Positions 14,390-28,399 of a stretch of 64,000 nt of DNA are shown here, piece by piece. Below the pieces are notes generated by a model. The model searched no databases and was not told the origin of the DNA. It saw only the letters and a program-made list of their open reading frames with translations. The DNA comes from Eledone cirrhosa (lineage: Eukaryota): assembly GCA_964016885.1 (NCBI GenBank), contig OZ024740.1:52824001-52888000 (forward strand). The letters are read 5' to 3'. Positions within the stretch are counted from its first letter, which is position 1, and every line of letters starts with the position of its first letter. A program made the translations under genes and the position numbers.

Positions 14390-14694
14390 ACTGAGATCTT
14401 ATACTGTCGTTACTAAAACTAGTAATAAGACCTGTGTAAATCTCAGTTCGAATTACTATTATGGCGATTGGCCTATCTTTTTATATTGCATACATACTTA
14501 CACACACGCACACACACACACACATACGCGTATATATATATAACATAAATATATATATTTATATTTATGTTATATTATATAAAGTTGTATGTATATAAAC
14601 ACAAACACACACATATATATAAATATATAAATAAATAAATAAATAAATATATATATATATATAAATAAATATATATATATATAAATAAATATAT

Positions 14695-14749
<55 letters not shown>

Positions 14750-14772
14750 TATATATATATATATATATATAT

Positions 14773-14910
14773 AACGAAGGAAATGTGGTAAGGAACCAGG
14801 TGGACCATAACGCACCAAAGTACTCAATACTTAGGGTAGTAGAGTGGGTAATAGGAACCAGTAAGACCCCGACGGCTGAGCTCAAGCCGTTTCGCCGGCT
14901 AATTCTGGAC

Positions 14911-14911
<1 letters not shown>
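14773..14911 (-). mobile_element. Family C single arm
   Basis: Homologous to 38967-39105. It ends at CTGGACT, the inversion centre of the other copies. Confidence 0.75.
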
Positions 14912-14985
<74 letters not shown>

Positions 14986-15365
14986 CTATATATATATATA
15001 TATATATATATATGATTTATATATATCATTATCATCATCATTTTTACGTTCATGTATAACATACACATACATATATATATATATATGTATATAATATATA
15101 TGCACACTCATTTCTATATACATACTCTACACACTGACTACACACTCCCACGAACACACACGCATACATAGACACACACGCAATACATACATTCATATAT
15201 AGGATATATAGTTTATAATAGTTTAAAAAATCCGAAATAAAAATTAATATCTAACTTTTGGTAAAAAAAAAATTATGAACGCATTTGTGGGTCATCCACC
15301 ATGTATATATTATAAGTTATATATCTTGTTTATTACTTCAATTATTTTCCGTCTGTTAAACAACT

Positions 15366-15396
<31 letters not shown>

Positions 15397-15423
15397 CCTA
15401 TCTATCTATCTATCTATCTATCT

Positions 15424-15480
15424 CCCCTTTGTATTTGTCCCCTTCTTTTGTGCCCCTGTGGCTAATAAAGAAACATATCT
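15424..15480 (+). mobile_element. Tx1-like LINE extreme 3' end inside (ATCT)n
   Basis: CCCCTTTGTATTTGTCCC..GTGGCTAATAAAGAAAC then ATCT repeats. Matches 24901-24951. Confidence 0.8.
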
Positions 15481-15533
15481 ATCTATCTATCTCCCCAGCT
15501 CTAACACACTCTCTCTTACTCTCCTCTTCTCTC

Positions 15534-15625
<92 letters not shown>

Positions 15626-15793
15626 TGTATGTATGTATGTATGTATACATGTATGTATATATGTCTAGATGTATGTATGTGTGCGTGTATATATATATAT
15701 ATATATATATACCGACACCACCCACTCTCACTAAGCGTGAAACTAATACTATTTGTAACTTGTACTCCTGCGTTGTTGTTTTTTGTATTCCGG

Positions 15794-15835
<42 letters not shown>

Positions 15836-15853
15836 CGTGTGTATATATGTATG

Positions 15854-15886
<33 letters not shown>

Positions 15887-15891
<5 letters not shown>

Positions 15892-16182
15892 ATCTTAACA
15901 AATGGAAACTATATTTATAAAACCATATTTATTTTATTATACATATTTCAAGGGCCACCAAGGCAAATTATGGTGCGCTTTCATCAGATAAAATACAATA
16001 CAGATTAGTTTTATAAATAAATAAATATTGAGATACCCTGAAAAAAGACAGCCTTAACGGTTGGAGTTTCCTGGATAGTTAATATATTGTATATTTACTC
16101 CAATAATTTGTTGAGTGCTTTATATATCAGTTATAAAAATATTTTAAAGCTTGTTGTATCCCAACAAATTAAATATAACCTC

Positions 16183-16186
<4 letters not shown>
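15887..16186. mobile_element. Family A element: hammerhead on minus (15930-15995) and 3' tail on plus
   Basis: Minus reads TATTTTAT-CTGATGA-AAGCGCACC..GGTGGCCCTT-GAAA-TATGTA-TA-ATAAAATA. Tail TACTCCAATAATTTGTTGAGTGCT. Confidence 0.8.
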
Positions 16187-16254
<68 letters not shown>

Positions 16255-16484
16255 TGTGTGTGTGTGCGTGTGCGTGTGTATATATATATGTATATGTATA
16301 TATGTATATATATATATAAATATATACCGAGTATAGATAGATAGACTGCCAGAAATATATGGAACCAGTAGTGTATTAACCCTGACAATGATCTGTATCA
16401 TTTAACATGTAAAGATATAACATGTAAACATTTAACATGTAAAGATATAATATGTAAACATTTAACATGTAAACACATATTGGG

Positions 16485-16668
16485 GGATTGGCAGTATCAG
16501 TAGAGAGTCGGACGCCATGCTTTCCGGCATAGTTATGTCCTTTTACGGTCTGAGTTCAAATCTCGCCGAGGTTCACTTTGCCTTTCATCCTTACGGGGTC
16601 GATAAAATAAAGTACCAGTAATGCACTCGGTAATTTGCTGGCCTTGTGCCAAAAGTAGAAACAATTAT
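16485..16668 (+). mobile_element. S1 SINE
   Basis: A/B boxes and body. Confidence 0.85.
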
Positions 16669-18154
16669 TTCAGGTTTTGGGAAAAATCATTGATGAGTCA
16701 GATATGGTTGACCATTTAAATCATATATGAATTTTATCTTTGTAATATTTACTTTTGACTATATTGACAATACATATGAATATATGCTTTACGTATACAC
16801 ACACACACACGCACACACACGCACGCACACGCACACACACACGCACACACACACATATATATATATATGTTGCGCGTGTGTGTGTATGTAAGTATGTATT
16901 TGTAGTTTGTATCTTTTTATATGTTCCATTCACTTAGGCACACATTTCTATACGTATGTTAATACGTGTGTGTGTGTGAATATGTGTGATGAGTGAATGG
17001 TATGTGACGTAGTGGTGTGTTTGTGTCTTTGTGTGTGGTGTGTAGAATGGTGGTGATGCGGTGGTATGTGTGTGTGTGCGTGTGGCTGTTTTACTGGATG
17101 AGCCTCACGCTGTGTGTCTCTGTGTATGAATGCGTGCATAAAAGAGAAAGAGAAAGTAAGAAGCTTGTTAAGAGAAGGAATTGTACTCGGGCGGTCCCGT
17201 CGGGTATTCACAGTTGCCATGGTTCACCAGAGAAAACAGAGATGAGCATGGAGGTGGCGTCGATGAGTGAGTGGAAGTTTCTTCACTTGCAGCACTTTTT
17301 TCTCTGCCATTCCATTTTCGCATTTCATCTTTTGATTGCTTATTTGATCAGATCTTCCACTCCCGCCTCTCTCAATTCCAATTTTTATGTCTTCTATGCA
17401 CCATGGGCAAAGCTGTAGACGATTCATTTTCCCCGATTTCGAATTTTCTTCCAAGTTTTAGATTTCTCTCAGAATTCAGCCCCGTTGCTCTTCCGCCAAA
17501 TCCTTTGTTCCAGCCCCTGTTTTGATCAGATCTGACAGTTTTGCAGCTTCCAGACTAAATTTCCTTCTTTTTCTTCTAGTTTTCTTTTGTTCGTCCTTTT
17601 CTTCCTTTTTTCTTTCTTCACTTTTTATTTGTTCCTTTATTTTAAAATTTCTATTTATTTTTTTTTTATCTCTTCTCATTTTTTGTTATTGTACTATTTT
17701 AGATGAAGAATATTCGTGCTTGGATGGTAGAACATCCCGGTAGCCAAGAGCGGGACAGGGTATATGCGGCTAACTAATTAGCAATGCTGCTTACCTGCAG
17801 GGACCAGCGCCATAACACGGACCAGCCACCAAGGAAACAATTGCCGTTGATAAGAGGTAGCTATCAGCAAACTGGTGACTTCTCGGTTCAAATTCTTTAC
17901 GCTTTCCTATTATGCTGTTCGAAGAAGACGAAAACAATTTTTAATTTGTCATCAGCAAAACAAACAAGCGAAATAAGGCAAAAAATAATACAGTAAAATA
18001 TATCTTTGAGCGGAAAATATCTCATGCTCCACCCTGCTCTATCTACTTCTGACTTCGCTACCGCCCCCCGCTTGCAGACTTTTTTTGTATTTCCACAAGA
18101 TGCTTCAATATTCATATTTTTCAAGAAATGCAAGTTTTTTTGAATGTATGAAAG

Positions 18155-18246
18155 TCTTCTTCTTCTTCTTCTTCTTCTTCTTCTTCTTCTTCTTCTTCTT
18201 CTTCTTCTTCTTCTTCTTCTTCTTCTTCTTCCCTCCCACACTTCTC

Positions 18247-18314
<68 letters not shown>

Positions 18315-18355
18315 CTTCTTCTTCTTCTTCTTCTTCTTCTTCTTCTTCTTCTTCT
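18155..18355. repeat. (TTC)n-(TTG)n-(TTC)n compound trinucleotide repeat
   Basis: Direct reading. Confidence 0.95.
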
Positions 18356-18478
18356 CCCCCCCCCCTCCCCCTCTTCCCCTTCTTTAATTCTCATATATGT
18401 CTCTCACATCTCTACATTGTTCACACACATTTTTACATTCTTGCATTTTCAGTTCTCTCTCATATATATGTGTGCGTG

Positions 18479-18557
<79 letters not shown>

Positions 18558-19035
18558 TGGTTTTCCTTTGTGTGATAGCTATGGCGAAAGAGGTTGTATG
18601 GTGGACAAGGTTGAAAGGGCTGAGGTCAGACACCTTTCTCTCCGGCCAACAACTGATTCTTTCTTTCAAATACCACTTTGGAAGAAGAATCAGGATGGAG
18701 AGAGAGGTGCTGTACCCCAGCAAGTTTTATAAAAGGTGGGTGAAAGTGGCGAGAATGGCCCGAGTGGTTGGACTTTCTCTCTATATAAGCCTGTAGGTTG
18801 AGGAAAAAGAGGAAGAGAGGAATGGAGTACTCACTCTTGGTGCTCCTGGAGATTAGGGTTGCACATTTTTTCGGGGGTATGTGTTACCCATATGAACTGT
18901 CTCCCCCTATTGGGGAAAATCGACTAATTTTTTAAATTGCATTTGTGATAACATTTTACACGTTTTTATTGTATGTAAACTTCCCCCTTTGAATTTGTCC
19001 ATTTCTTTTGTGCCCCTGTGGCTAATAAAGAAACA
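18558..19035 (+). mobile_element. 5'-truncated Tx1-like LINE (ORF2 end and 3' UTR) between (ATCT)n tracts
   Basis: VFLCVIAMAKEVVWWTRLKGLRS..RRIRMERE matches the ORF2 C-terminus. Confidence 0.9.
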
Positions 19036-19039
19036 TATC

Positions 19040-19070
<31 letters not shown>

Positions 19071-19079
19071 CTATCTCTC

Positions 19080-20340
19080 TATTTCGGCCGCTGAGATAGG
19101 GGACGCGCTGAGCCAAGCAGCAAACGCAAATCTCCAGGTCTCGACGGTCTACCCTACGAATTTTACGTAACAATGCCGGACTTGTTCTCCGGTCTCCTGG
19201 AAGCGGTCTACTGCAACTGGCAGCAGAACGGGAGAATTCCCAGTTCTGTGACCAAGGGCATAATCACGTTAGTCAGGAAGGACGAGAACAAGGGGGATGA
19301 CATAGGCAACTTCCGGCCCATAACTCTGCTCAACACAGAGTTACAGATTTTGGCCAAGGTCTTGGCAAAGAGGCTGTCGCTTGTCGTCGAAAACCTGGTG
19401 GGAGAAGCGCAGACATGCGCAATCCTGACCAGGTCCATACACGACAACCTCCACCTCATGCGATACATCATAGAGCGGGTAGGGTGTAAACTCGGCTTCG
19501 GTGGGGCCCTGATCAACTTGGATCAGTCTAAGGCTTTCGATAGGGTTGACCATCGTTACCTGGTGCGGTGCTCGAGGCGGCAGGCTTCGGACCCGTGTTC
19601 AGGGGCTGGATTGCTGCAATGCACAGCAGCAACATCTGCTCAAGGCTCAAGGTGAACGGCTACCTCTCGGAGCCGTTCCATATCACGCGATCCATCCGAC
19701 AGGGATGCCCTCTCTCCTCCCTTCTGTACGTACTGACTCTCGAGCCACTACAGCGGAAGTTGGAGCTTTTGCAGGGCATCCTTTGGAACCAGGACTGTGA
19801 AAAGCGGCGTCGGCCTACGCCCACGACGTGACAGTAATGGTGTCGAGCACCTCGAAAATCGGGGAGATCGGCACCTTACTGGAGGAATACGAAAGGTTCA
19901 CAGGAGCGAAGCTGAACCGGGACAAATCCGTCGGTTTGCAACTCGGAACGTGGAGAGGCAAACCGATGCCTTCCGATGACGTCGTCGGACGCTGGACGGA
20001 AGGACCGGTAAAGCTGCTCGGGGTCTGGTTTGGTCCGGAACTCCAGGTGGAGAAGAACTGGAACGAGGTGACGGATAAGGTGTTTGCGCTCACGCAGAAG
20101 TGGGCCGAGTGCAAACTATCGATGAAAGGTCGAGCAGAGGTGGCGAACACTTTTATAGCGTCCGTCATCTACTACCGCTTGACCGTCGTGCCTTGTCCAA
20201 CCAAAACGCTCACCAAAATGGAGCGCGCGCTCTTCCAATTCCTTTGGAAGAAACAGGCTCCTTTGGTGAGAAGATCCATCTGCTGCCAACACCCTTCAAA
20301 CGAAGGGCTGGGGATGCTGTGGCTGACGATGCGCAAACAT
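19080..20340 (+). pseudogene. Internal RT fragment of the Tx1-like LINE, frameshifted
   Basis: ORFs 19173, 19568 and 19828 are consecutive pieces highly similar to ORF2 (RPITLLN, DQSKAFDRV, RQGCPLS, GRAEVAN). Confidence 0.92.
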
Positions 20341-20599
20341 ATCTATCTATCTATCTTGTCCCCAACTCAACAAAAAGAAAACCCTGCTACCAACACCAGC
20401 TCCACCACCACCACCACAACAGATAAACAAACAACAAAACTCAGTCCCACCCAACCCGTCCCTCAGTAACACCACAACACCACCACAACACAAACAGTCA
20501 CAACACATTACCCCAAAACAAAATACAGGCCCACCCAACCTCTCACTCAATAAAACAACACAACCACCGCAGACACAACACACAACACAGTCTAACATA

Positions 20600-21265
20600 G
20601 TGACATCCATCTCCCCCACAAAGAAAACCAACACGGAAACATTACCAGCAAACATACCTCTTCCCTCCAACACTGAAGATAACCCAACGAATTCGGAGGA
20701 AGAAACGGAGTCCTTCAGACAGATTAAAAGAAAAAAAAGAAAACATGTGCAAAACACACAAGGCCAAACAGCCCCTACCCAAATCGCAACACAATCTAAC
20801 AAAACAGAAAACACCCCTCCAGCAACAAACAAAACCAAACCTGCCCCTCCCCTCTTCGAAACACTCACACCATCGGAAAAAAAGACATTACACTATACTT
20901 ACATCAACAGAAACAATAATAAATTAAATGAACTCATATACAATAATCCTTCGGTACAAACCGAAGGTGTAAACTTTGTTTCATCAGAAAACCACCCACA
21001 TTTAAAACTAATAAAAATCCCAATGAACCTCTACCAAAAACTAAAAAAGGATTTTAAGGAGGACGTAGGACCACCCTCTGTCAAACCCATAAACCGCGTC
21101 CTACTAAAAAGCTTTCCCCCTCCCCTTCCCCTCCCCAACACAACTCCAAACACCCCAACCCCACCACACACCGACGACCCCACACCACCACAAGACACCC
21201 CTTCACCCAACACCCCCGACCCCATGGAAGTCGTGCAACCCGAACCCCGGGAAGCGGAAAGGTAG
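20600..21265 (+). CDS. Putative ORF1 C-terminal part (Pro/Thr-rich), probably 5'-truncated
   Basis: 221-aa frame ending 33 nt before the ORF2 ATG. GTG start, and no zinc knuckle visible. Confidence 0.55.
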   Translation: MTSISPTKKTNTETLPANIPLPSNTEDNPTNSEEETESFRQIKRKKRKHVQNTQGQTAPTQIATQSNKTENTPPATNKTKPAPPLFETLTPSEKKTLHYTYINRNNNKLNELIYNNPSVQTEGVNFVSSENHPHLKLIKIPMNLYQKLKKDFKEDVGPPSVKPINRVLLKSFPPPLPLPNTTPNTPTPPHTDDPTPPQDTPSPNTPDPMEVVQPEPREAER

Positions 21266-21298
21266 GTCTCTACACTCTCCTTTGGCTCTGCCGCCCAC

Positions 21299-24200
21299 AT
21301 GGATGTGTTAAGAGTAGGATGTTTGAATGCACGTGGCCTGGGCTCAACTTGGAAGCAAGCAAAGCTTCTAAATGACCTCAGGTCATGTAGTATAAATGTA
21401 ATGGTTATCTGTGAGACTCGAATCAGCGTCATGCGGCAGCTGGCCCCCACCTTCGATGACTTTGAGGTGCATGCATCTCTCTGTCAACCTGGAGGTGGGG
21501 GTGGGGTTGTCGTGCTGCTGCAAAAACACCTGGGTCTTGCCGTACAGGTTGTGCACTCGGACCCGGAGGGTCGTTTGTTGGTGCTAGACGTTGGCAGTAG
21601 TGAAAGTGCGGCCTTGAGACTGGTCGCCGTCTACTCCCCTTTCGGAGCTGAACGGCCCGACTTCTTCCAGCGTTTGGAGACTTTTCTGGGAACGTCGCGT
21701 TCCCTGCTTCTAGCGGGGGATTGGAATGACATCCTGGATGCACGTTGGGACTATGCAGGAGCATGTCCTAATAGAGGGGGGTGTAACAGCCTCAAGGGGT
21801 TACTCGACCGTTTTAACTTGGTCGATAGATATCGACTAGATTTTCCAACTGTGCCTACCTGGACTTGGAGAAACCACAGTGGTCAATCTAGATCGTACTT
21901 AGATAGATTCTTAGTTAGAAGTAAGGATAGGGACATATTAAGCTGTCCAGAAATGCGCACGGTTGGCTACACGGATCACAAATTAGTGACCTGCGTGGTC
22001 AATCTCGAGAAAACACATAGACAGGGTCCCGGTTACTGGAAACTTAATTTGTCTTTACCGGCAAAAGAGACTTACAGAAACCGGATTAGCAGATTAGTTA
22101 AGGAGAGGTTGACGGGTGCAATCGTCAACAACCGATGGTGGGCATCTCTCAAAAGAGAGATTAGAACAGAATCAATAAGTTATAGCAAGATGTTAGCTGC
22201 CAATAGGAATAGAAACGAGAAAGAATTAACAGGTAAATTAGAAGAGGCAATCAAGAGCGAAGATGTGGCCAGAGTGCTGGCATCGAGGACGGCCTTGAAC
22301 CAGTTTTTCGATGCAAAGCATGAAGGCTGCGTCATTCGAAGTAAAATACGTGCTCTAGGTAATGAGGGGGCCAAAGCCGTTGGATGGGCCCGCGTGACAG
22401 AAGCTAAAAGTGGAAATCGATCCACCATCCGGTCGTTGCAAGACGAAGATGGACGAGTGATCCGGGAGCCTAAGCAGATGTGCGAGGCCTTTCAAAAGCA
22501 CTTTGCCCGATTGTTCGGGGGAGGCGAGGGTCCGGGCCGGGGCGTGGATTTCGGTCCATACCTCGACGGCCTGCCGCGTCTCTCGAACAAAGAGGCAGAG
22601 TCCTGCGAGGGACCAATCTCGGCTGATGAGATCGGAGATGCGCTGAGCCAATGCAGCAGACGCAAATCTCCAGGTCTCGATGGTATACCTTACGAACTTT
22701 ATTTAGCAATGCCGGTCTTCTTCTCCGAACTCCTCGAAGCGGTCTACTGCAATTGGCAGCAGAACGGGAGAATTCCTTGTTCTGTAGCCAAGGGCGTAGT
22801 CACGCTGGTGAGGAAGGACGAGAACAAGGGGGATAGTATAAATAATTTTCGGCCCATAACCCTGCTAAACACAGAGTTAAAGATTTTGGCCAAGGTGTTA
22901 GCAAAGAGGTTGGCGCTTGTCGTGGGTGGCCTGGTGGGAGATGCGCAGACATGTGCTATCCCATCCAGGTCCATTCACGATAACCTCCACCTCATGCGAT
23001 ACATCATAGAGAGGGTTGGCAACAAACCCGGCTTCGGTGGGGCCCTGATCAACTTGGATCAGTCTAAGGCCTTCGATAGGGTCGACCATGGTTACCTGGA
23101 TGCGGTGCTAGCGGCGGCTGGGTTCGGTCCTGTTTTCAGAGGCTGGATCACTGCCCTACATAGCAACCACATCTGTTCTAGGATCAAGGTGAACGGCTAC
23201 CTTTCGAAGCCGTTCGAAATCACACGATCCATTCGACAGGGGTGCCCTCTCTCCTCCCTTCTGTACGTATTGACTCTCGAGCCTTTACTGAGGAAGTTGG
23301 AGTTGTTGCAGGGTATCCCCCTGGAACCAGGATTGAGCAAAGCGGTGTCGGCCTACGCCGATGACGTAACAGTAATGGTATCAACCGACTCGGAGATCGA
23401 GGCGATCGGTACCTTACTGGAGGAGTACGAAAGGTTGTCAGGAGCGAAACTGAACCGGGAAAAATCCATCGGGCTGCAACTCGGAACGTGGAGAGGCAGA
23501 CCGATGCCTCCTGACGGTGTCGTCGGACACTGGACGGAGGGCCCGGTAAAGTTGCTTGGGGTCTGGTTTGGACCGGACCTCCAGGTGGAAAAGAACTGGA
23601 ACGAGGTTACGAACAAGGTGTTTGCACTAACCCAGAAATGGGCCAAGTGTAAGCTGTCCCTAAAAGGCCGGGCGGAGGTGGCGAACATTTACATAGCGTC
23701 CGTCACTTACTACCGCCTGACTGTCGTGCCTTGCCCTAAGGAAACACTCACCACCATGGAACGCATGCTCTTCCAATTTCTTTGGAAGAAGCGTCCTCCT
23801 ATGGTGAGAAGATCCATCTGCTGCCAACAACCTTCGAAAGGAGGGCTGGGGATGCCGTGGTTGATGATGCGTAGGCACGCATTAAGGCTACGGCACCTAC
23901 AGGTATTCCTCACTGGTCAACCGGTGTGGGCTCCGTTCGTGAAACGAGCCTTTCCGAGACTCGTCTCACTCACCGAGCTACAGTCCTGGGTCAAGCAAAG
24001 ATCCGGAAAACTGGGAGACTGGCACACTGAGTGTGCTCAGGCGCTCAGGGCTCTCTGGCAAGCGGGCCGGGCCATCGGTGGAGAATCCACCTCATCATTC
24101 TATAGAGGGCTGGTGGCTAGCAGGGGCGATGACACCCTTGGAGAGTCGCTGGACATGGAGGAAGACGAACTGGCCAGCCTGTTCGGTAGGACTTTCGGCC

Positions 24201-24736
24201 CAGGACCAATGGACAACTTCCAGAAGTCACTGGCCTGGCAGTGCTACCGGGGGGCTCTACCCGTTCGAGAGAGGCTCTACAGACACGGGCGCCCGGGCAG
24301 GGATCCCTCAAAAAAGATTTGCCCTAGATGCGTGCGTCACGAAGAAACCGTGGCGCACGCATTGGTGCAATGTCCTGGCGTGGCTGATCTGTGGGGCTAC
24401 GCCGAACAACTGCTGTCGCGGGTGGCGCCGATTAAATTGACCGCCGAGTCCGTGATGACAATCAAACCGCCTCCCCTCTTCACAAAGGAAGCAAAGGCGG
24501 TTTTTCTGTGCGTAATAGCCATGTTGAAAGAGGTTGTTTGGTGGACACGATTGAAAGGTCTGAGGTCAGGCAACTTCCTCTCTGGCCATAGTCTGGTCTA
24601 CTTCTTCCGATATCACTTCGGAAGAAGGATAAGAATGGAGAGAGAGGTGCTTGGCCACAGGCAGTTTTATGAAAGGTGGGTGATAGTGGCGAGAATGGCT
24701 CGTGTAAATGGGCCTTCTCTGTATACCATCCTGTAG
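21299..24736 (+). CDS. LINE ORF2 protein: AP endonuclease, reverse transcriptase and C-terminal CCHC zinc finger (1145 aa)
   Basis: APE: GCLNARGL, ICETR, AGDWN, YLDRF, YTDH. GPGYWKLN. RT: KSPGLDG, RPITLLN, KAFDRV, RQGCPLS, YADD. Zinc finger: CPRC..EETVAHALVQC. No stops. Confidence 0.96.
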   Translation: MDVLRVGCLNARGLGSTWKQAKLLNDLRSCSINVMVICETRISVMRQLAPTFDDFEVHASLCQPGGGGGVVVLLQKHLGLAVQVVHSDPEGRLLVLDVGSSESAALRLVAVYSPFGAERPDFFQRLETFLGTSRSLLLAGDWNDILDARWDYAGACPNRGGCNSLKGLLDRFNLVDRYRLDFPTVPTWTWRNHSGQSRSYLDRFLVRSKDRDILSCPEMRTVGYTDHKLVTCVVNLEKTHRQGPGYWKLNLSLPAKETYRNRISRLVKERLTGAIVNNRWWASLKREIRTESISYSKMLAANRNRNEKELTGKLEEAIKSEDVARVLASRTALNQFFDAKHEGCVIRSKIRALGNEGAKAVGWARVTEAKSGNRSTIRSLQDEDGRVIREPKQMCEAFQKHFARLFGGGEGPGRGVDFGPYLDGLPRLSNKEAESCEGPISADEIGDALSQCSRRKSPGLDGIPYELYLAMPVFFSELLEAVYCNWQQNGRIPCSVAKGVVTLVRKDENKGDSINNFRPITLLNTELKILAKVLAKRLALVVGGLVGDAQTCAIPSRSIHDNLHLMRYIIERVGNKPGFGGALINLDQSKAFDRVDHGYLDAVLAAAGFGPVFRGWITALHSNHICSRIKVNGYLSKPFEITRSIRQGCPLSSLLYVLTLEPLLRKLELLQGIPLEPGLSKAVSAYADDVTVMVSTDSEIEAIGTLLEEYERLSGAKLNREKSIGLQLGTWRGRPMPPDGVVGHWTEGPVKLLGVWFGPDLQVEKNWNEVTNKVFALTQKWAKCKLSLKGRAEVANIYIASVTYYRLTVVPCPKETLTTMERMLFQFLWKKRPPMVRRSICCQQPSKGGLGMPWLMMRRHALRLRHLQVFLTGQPVWAPFVKRAFPRLVSLTELQSWVKQRSGKLGDWHTECAQALRALWQAGRAIGGESTSSFYRGLVASRGDDTLGESLDMEEDELASLFGRTFGPGPMDNFQKSLAWQCYRGALPVRERLYRHGRPGRDPSKKICPRCVRHEETVAHALVQCPGVADLWGYAEQLLSRVAPIKLTAESVMTIKPPPLFTKEAKAVFLCVIAMLKEVVWWTRLKGLRSGNFLSGHSLVYFFRYHFGRRIRMEREVLGHRQFYERWVIVARMARVNGPSLYTIL

Positions 24737-24950
24737 GTAAAGAAGTAAAGGAGAGGGGAGCACCTTCTCCATGTGCTCCCCGGGCAAAGGATTGCACACT
24801 TTTTCGGGGGTGTGTGCAACCCCCATCACGTCCCCTCCCTTTTGAGGTTATTTTCGATTATTTTCATGTTACACCCTTTTTACTCGATTATATGTAAACT
24901 CCCCCTTTGTATTTGTCCCTTCTTTTTATGCCTTTATGGTAAATAAAGAA

Positions 24951-24988
<38 letters not shown>

Positions 24989-24989
24989 A

Positions 24990-25210
24990 GGAGAGGAAAG
25001 GAGTACAAGCTCTTCGTACTCCTGGAGATGAGGGTTGCACATTTTTTTCGGGGGTCTGTGTTACCCATATAAACTGTCTCCCTCTATTGGGGAAAATCGA
25101 CTAACTTTTAAATTCCATCTGTGATAACATTTTACACGTTTTTATTGTATGTAAACTTCCCCCTTTGTATTTGTCCCCTTCTTTTGTGCCCCTGTGGCTA
25201 ATAAAGAAAT
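24990..25210 (+). mobile_element. Tx1-like 3' UTR fragment between (ATCT)n tracts
   Basis: Nearly identical to 18813-19035. Confidence 0.88.
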
Positions 25211-25211
25211 A

Positions 25212-26792
<1,581 letters not shown>

Positions 26793-27566
26793 TATGTATG
26801 TAGTTAAATATAGCTAAATATATAGTTTTGTGAATACCTAGATTAAGAATATCCTACGATATATAAAATATAAAGCCAATATAAAAATATGACTTTCATA
26901 CAATAAGCCATTATTTTATAGCAAGTGCATGCATTTCTATTTATGCATTTCGTTACTGTACAATACAAGTGTGTATAAAATATACACGAAATATTAACTT
27001 GCTCTTAAAAGTCTTTTTTTAATGTCTTTAAAAATGTACCAGCTACTGTGTTATATCATTGTTAAGTTTTATATCAATGAATCAATCAATAAATTAACAA
27101 ATCTATTAATCAGTCAATACTTATTTATTCTGTAATAATGAGGAAGTGTGTTCATGGTCGCATGGCCTACGAGAAATCGCCAAAATCACATCGTAACGTC
27201 TTTAAAAAGAAAAGACATTCTAGATGTTGGAATTTCTTTAATCTGCTTGACTAAGGCCGACATGGAGCTAAATATCGACAACAGCAATAAGAGAATCAAT
27301 ATCTGGACTTTTCTAATAGTTGGGTACAAAACTTGGCAAAATTTAACTTTCATTTTTAATTGGTACAAAGTTTAATTTTCGTTATCATATTGAAGTATTT
27401 ATTTTGTTTAAATGACAAATTCAACCTGAGTGGACAACCGGTGGCGTTCAACTGGCTTATTTTTACTTTTGTATTTGTGGTCCAATTTGAAGAAATTTTG
27501 TGTCCTTTGCGTTGAAATAAAAACAATAGTATTTACAAGTAGTTTCTGCATATAGGATACTGTGTT

Positions 27567-27757
27567 AATAATTGTTTCTACTATTGGCACAAGGCCAGCA
27601 ATTACCCAGTACATTACTGCTACTTTATTTTATCGACCCCGTAAGGATGAAAGGCAAAGTTAACCTCGGCGGGATTTGAACTCAGAATGGCAAGGGCCGT
27701 AACTCTATGCGTCAAAGCATGGCGTCCGACCCTTTACCGATACTGCCAATTCACCGA
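27567..27757 (-). mobile_element. S1 SINE
   Basis: Nearly identical to 1364-1552. Confidence 0.88.
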
Positions 27758-28399
27758 TGAAGTTATAATTCCATTAGAATGAAATTTTATATATTATTTA
27801 GAGAGAATTAACTCGTTTTTGTCCAGTTTGATAAAAGTTGTTATTTAGACCAAAAACTTAAATATGCGATACAGGTAAACATTTGCTTCAATTTGAAATG
27901 ATTGGTTGTGCTGACTGTATGCTGAAGATTGGCTTCTCTTCTTTTCATGTTGTGACGGCTGAGAAAAATGTTTTATATCAAAAAGAAAGCAATGCAAAAC
28001 TTCCCTGTCTTCTTGACAATCCTGTTGCTTTGCAAAGAAAAGCTTAGAGAAATGCCATAAACCTCTACAATCAGTTCAACGAATTTAACACAGCACCCCT
28101 TCCCAGCTGAGAATTATCGGATGAAGAATCTATTCTAGAGTATCGTGTACTTGGCACCAAATATCATCTTTATGAGGCATCAATACTTGAATGAGTGAAA
28201 AAGCTTTATTCAGAAAATACCAAAATCTCAAGTGCAAATTCTAATAAAGATATGTATATTTTGTGGCGAGGAAACTTGTGGAACGGCTAATTCTTTCAAG
28301 ATGTTTTGCCATACTAAAGATATTCATGGCTGGAATGGCTTTACTCATAAGTCTGTTTAATTAGAGCTAACTTGGGACTAAACAGAAGCAAGGACAACA

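Larger units (their letters stand above)
20357..24951 (+). mobile_element. Near-full-length Tx1-like (L1 clade) non-LTR retrotransposon flanked by (ATCT)n
   Basis: ORF1 remnant, intact ORF2 and a 3' UTR ending AATAAAGAA followed by (ATCT)n. ATCT repeats also at the 5' junction (20339-20356). Confidence 0.92.

Noticed and set aside
16400-16475. 15-bp TTTAACATGTAAA(G/C)A repeats, and GTAATTATGA repeats at ~5740-6030
   Set aside because: Ordinary short degenerate minisatellites with no further structure.
21429-24897. Antisense and alternate-frame ORFs within the LINE
   Set aside because: Shadow ORFs of the GC-rich ORF2 with no motifs.
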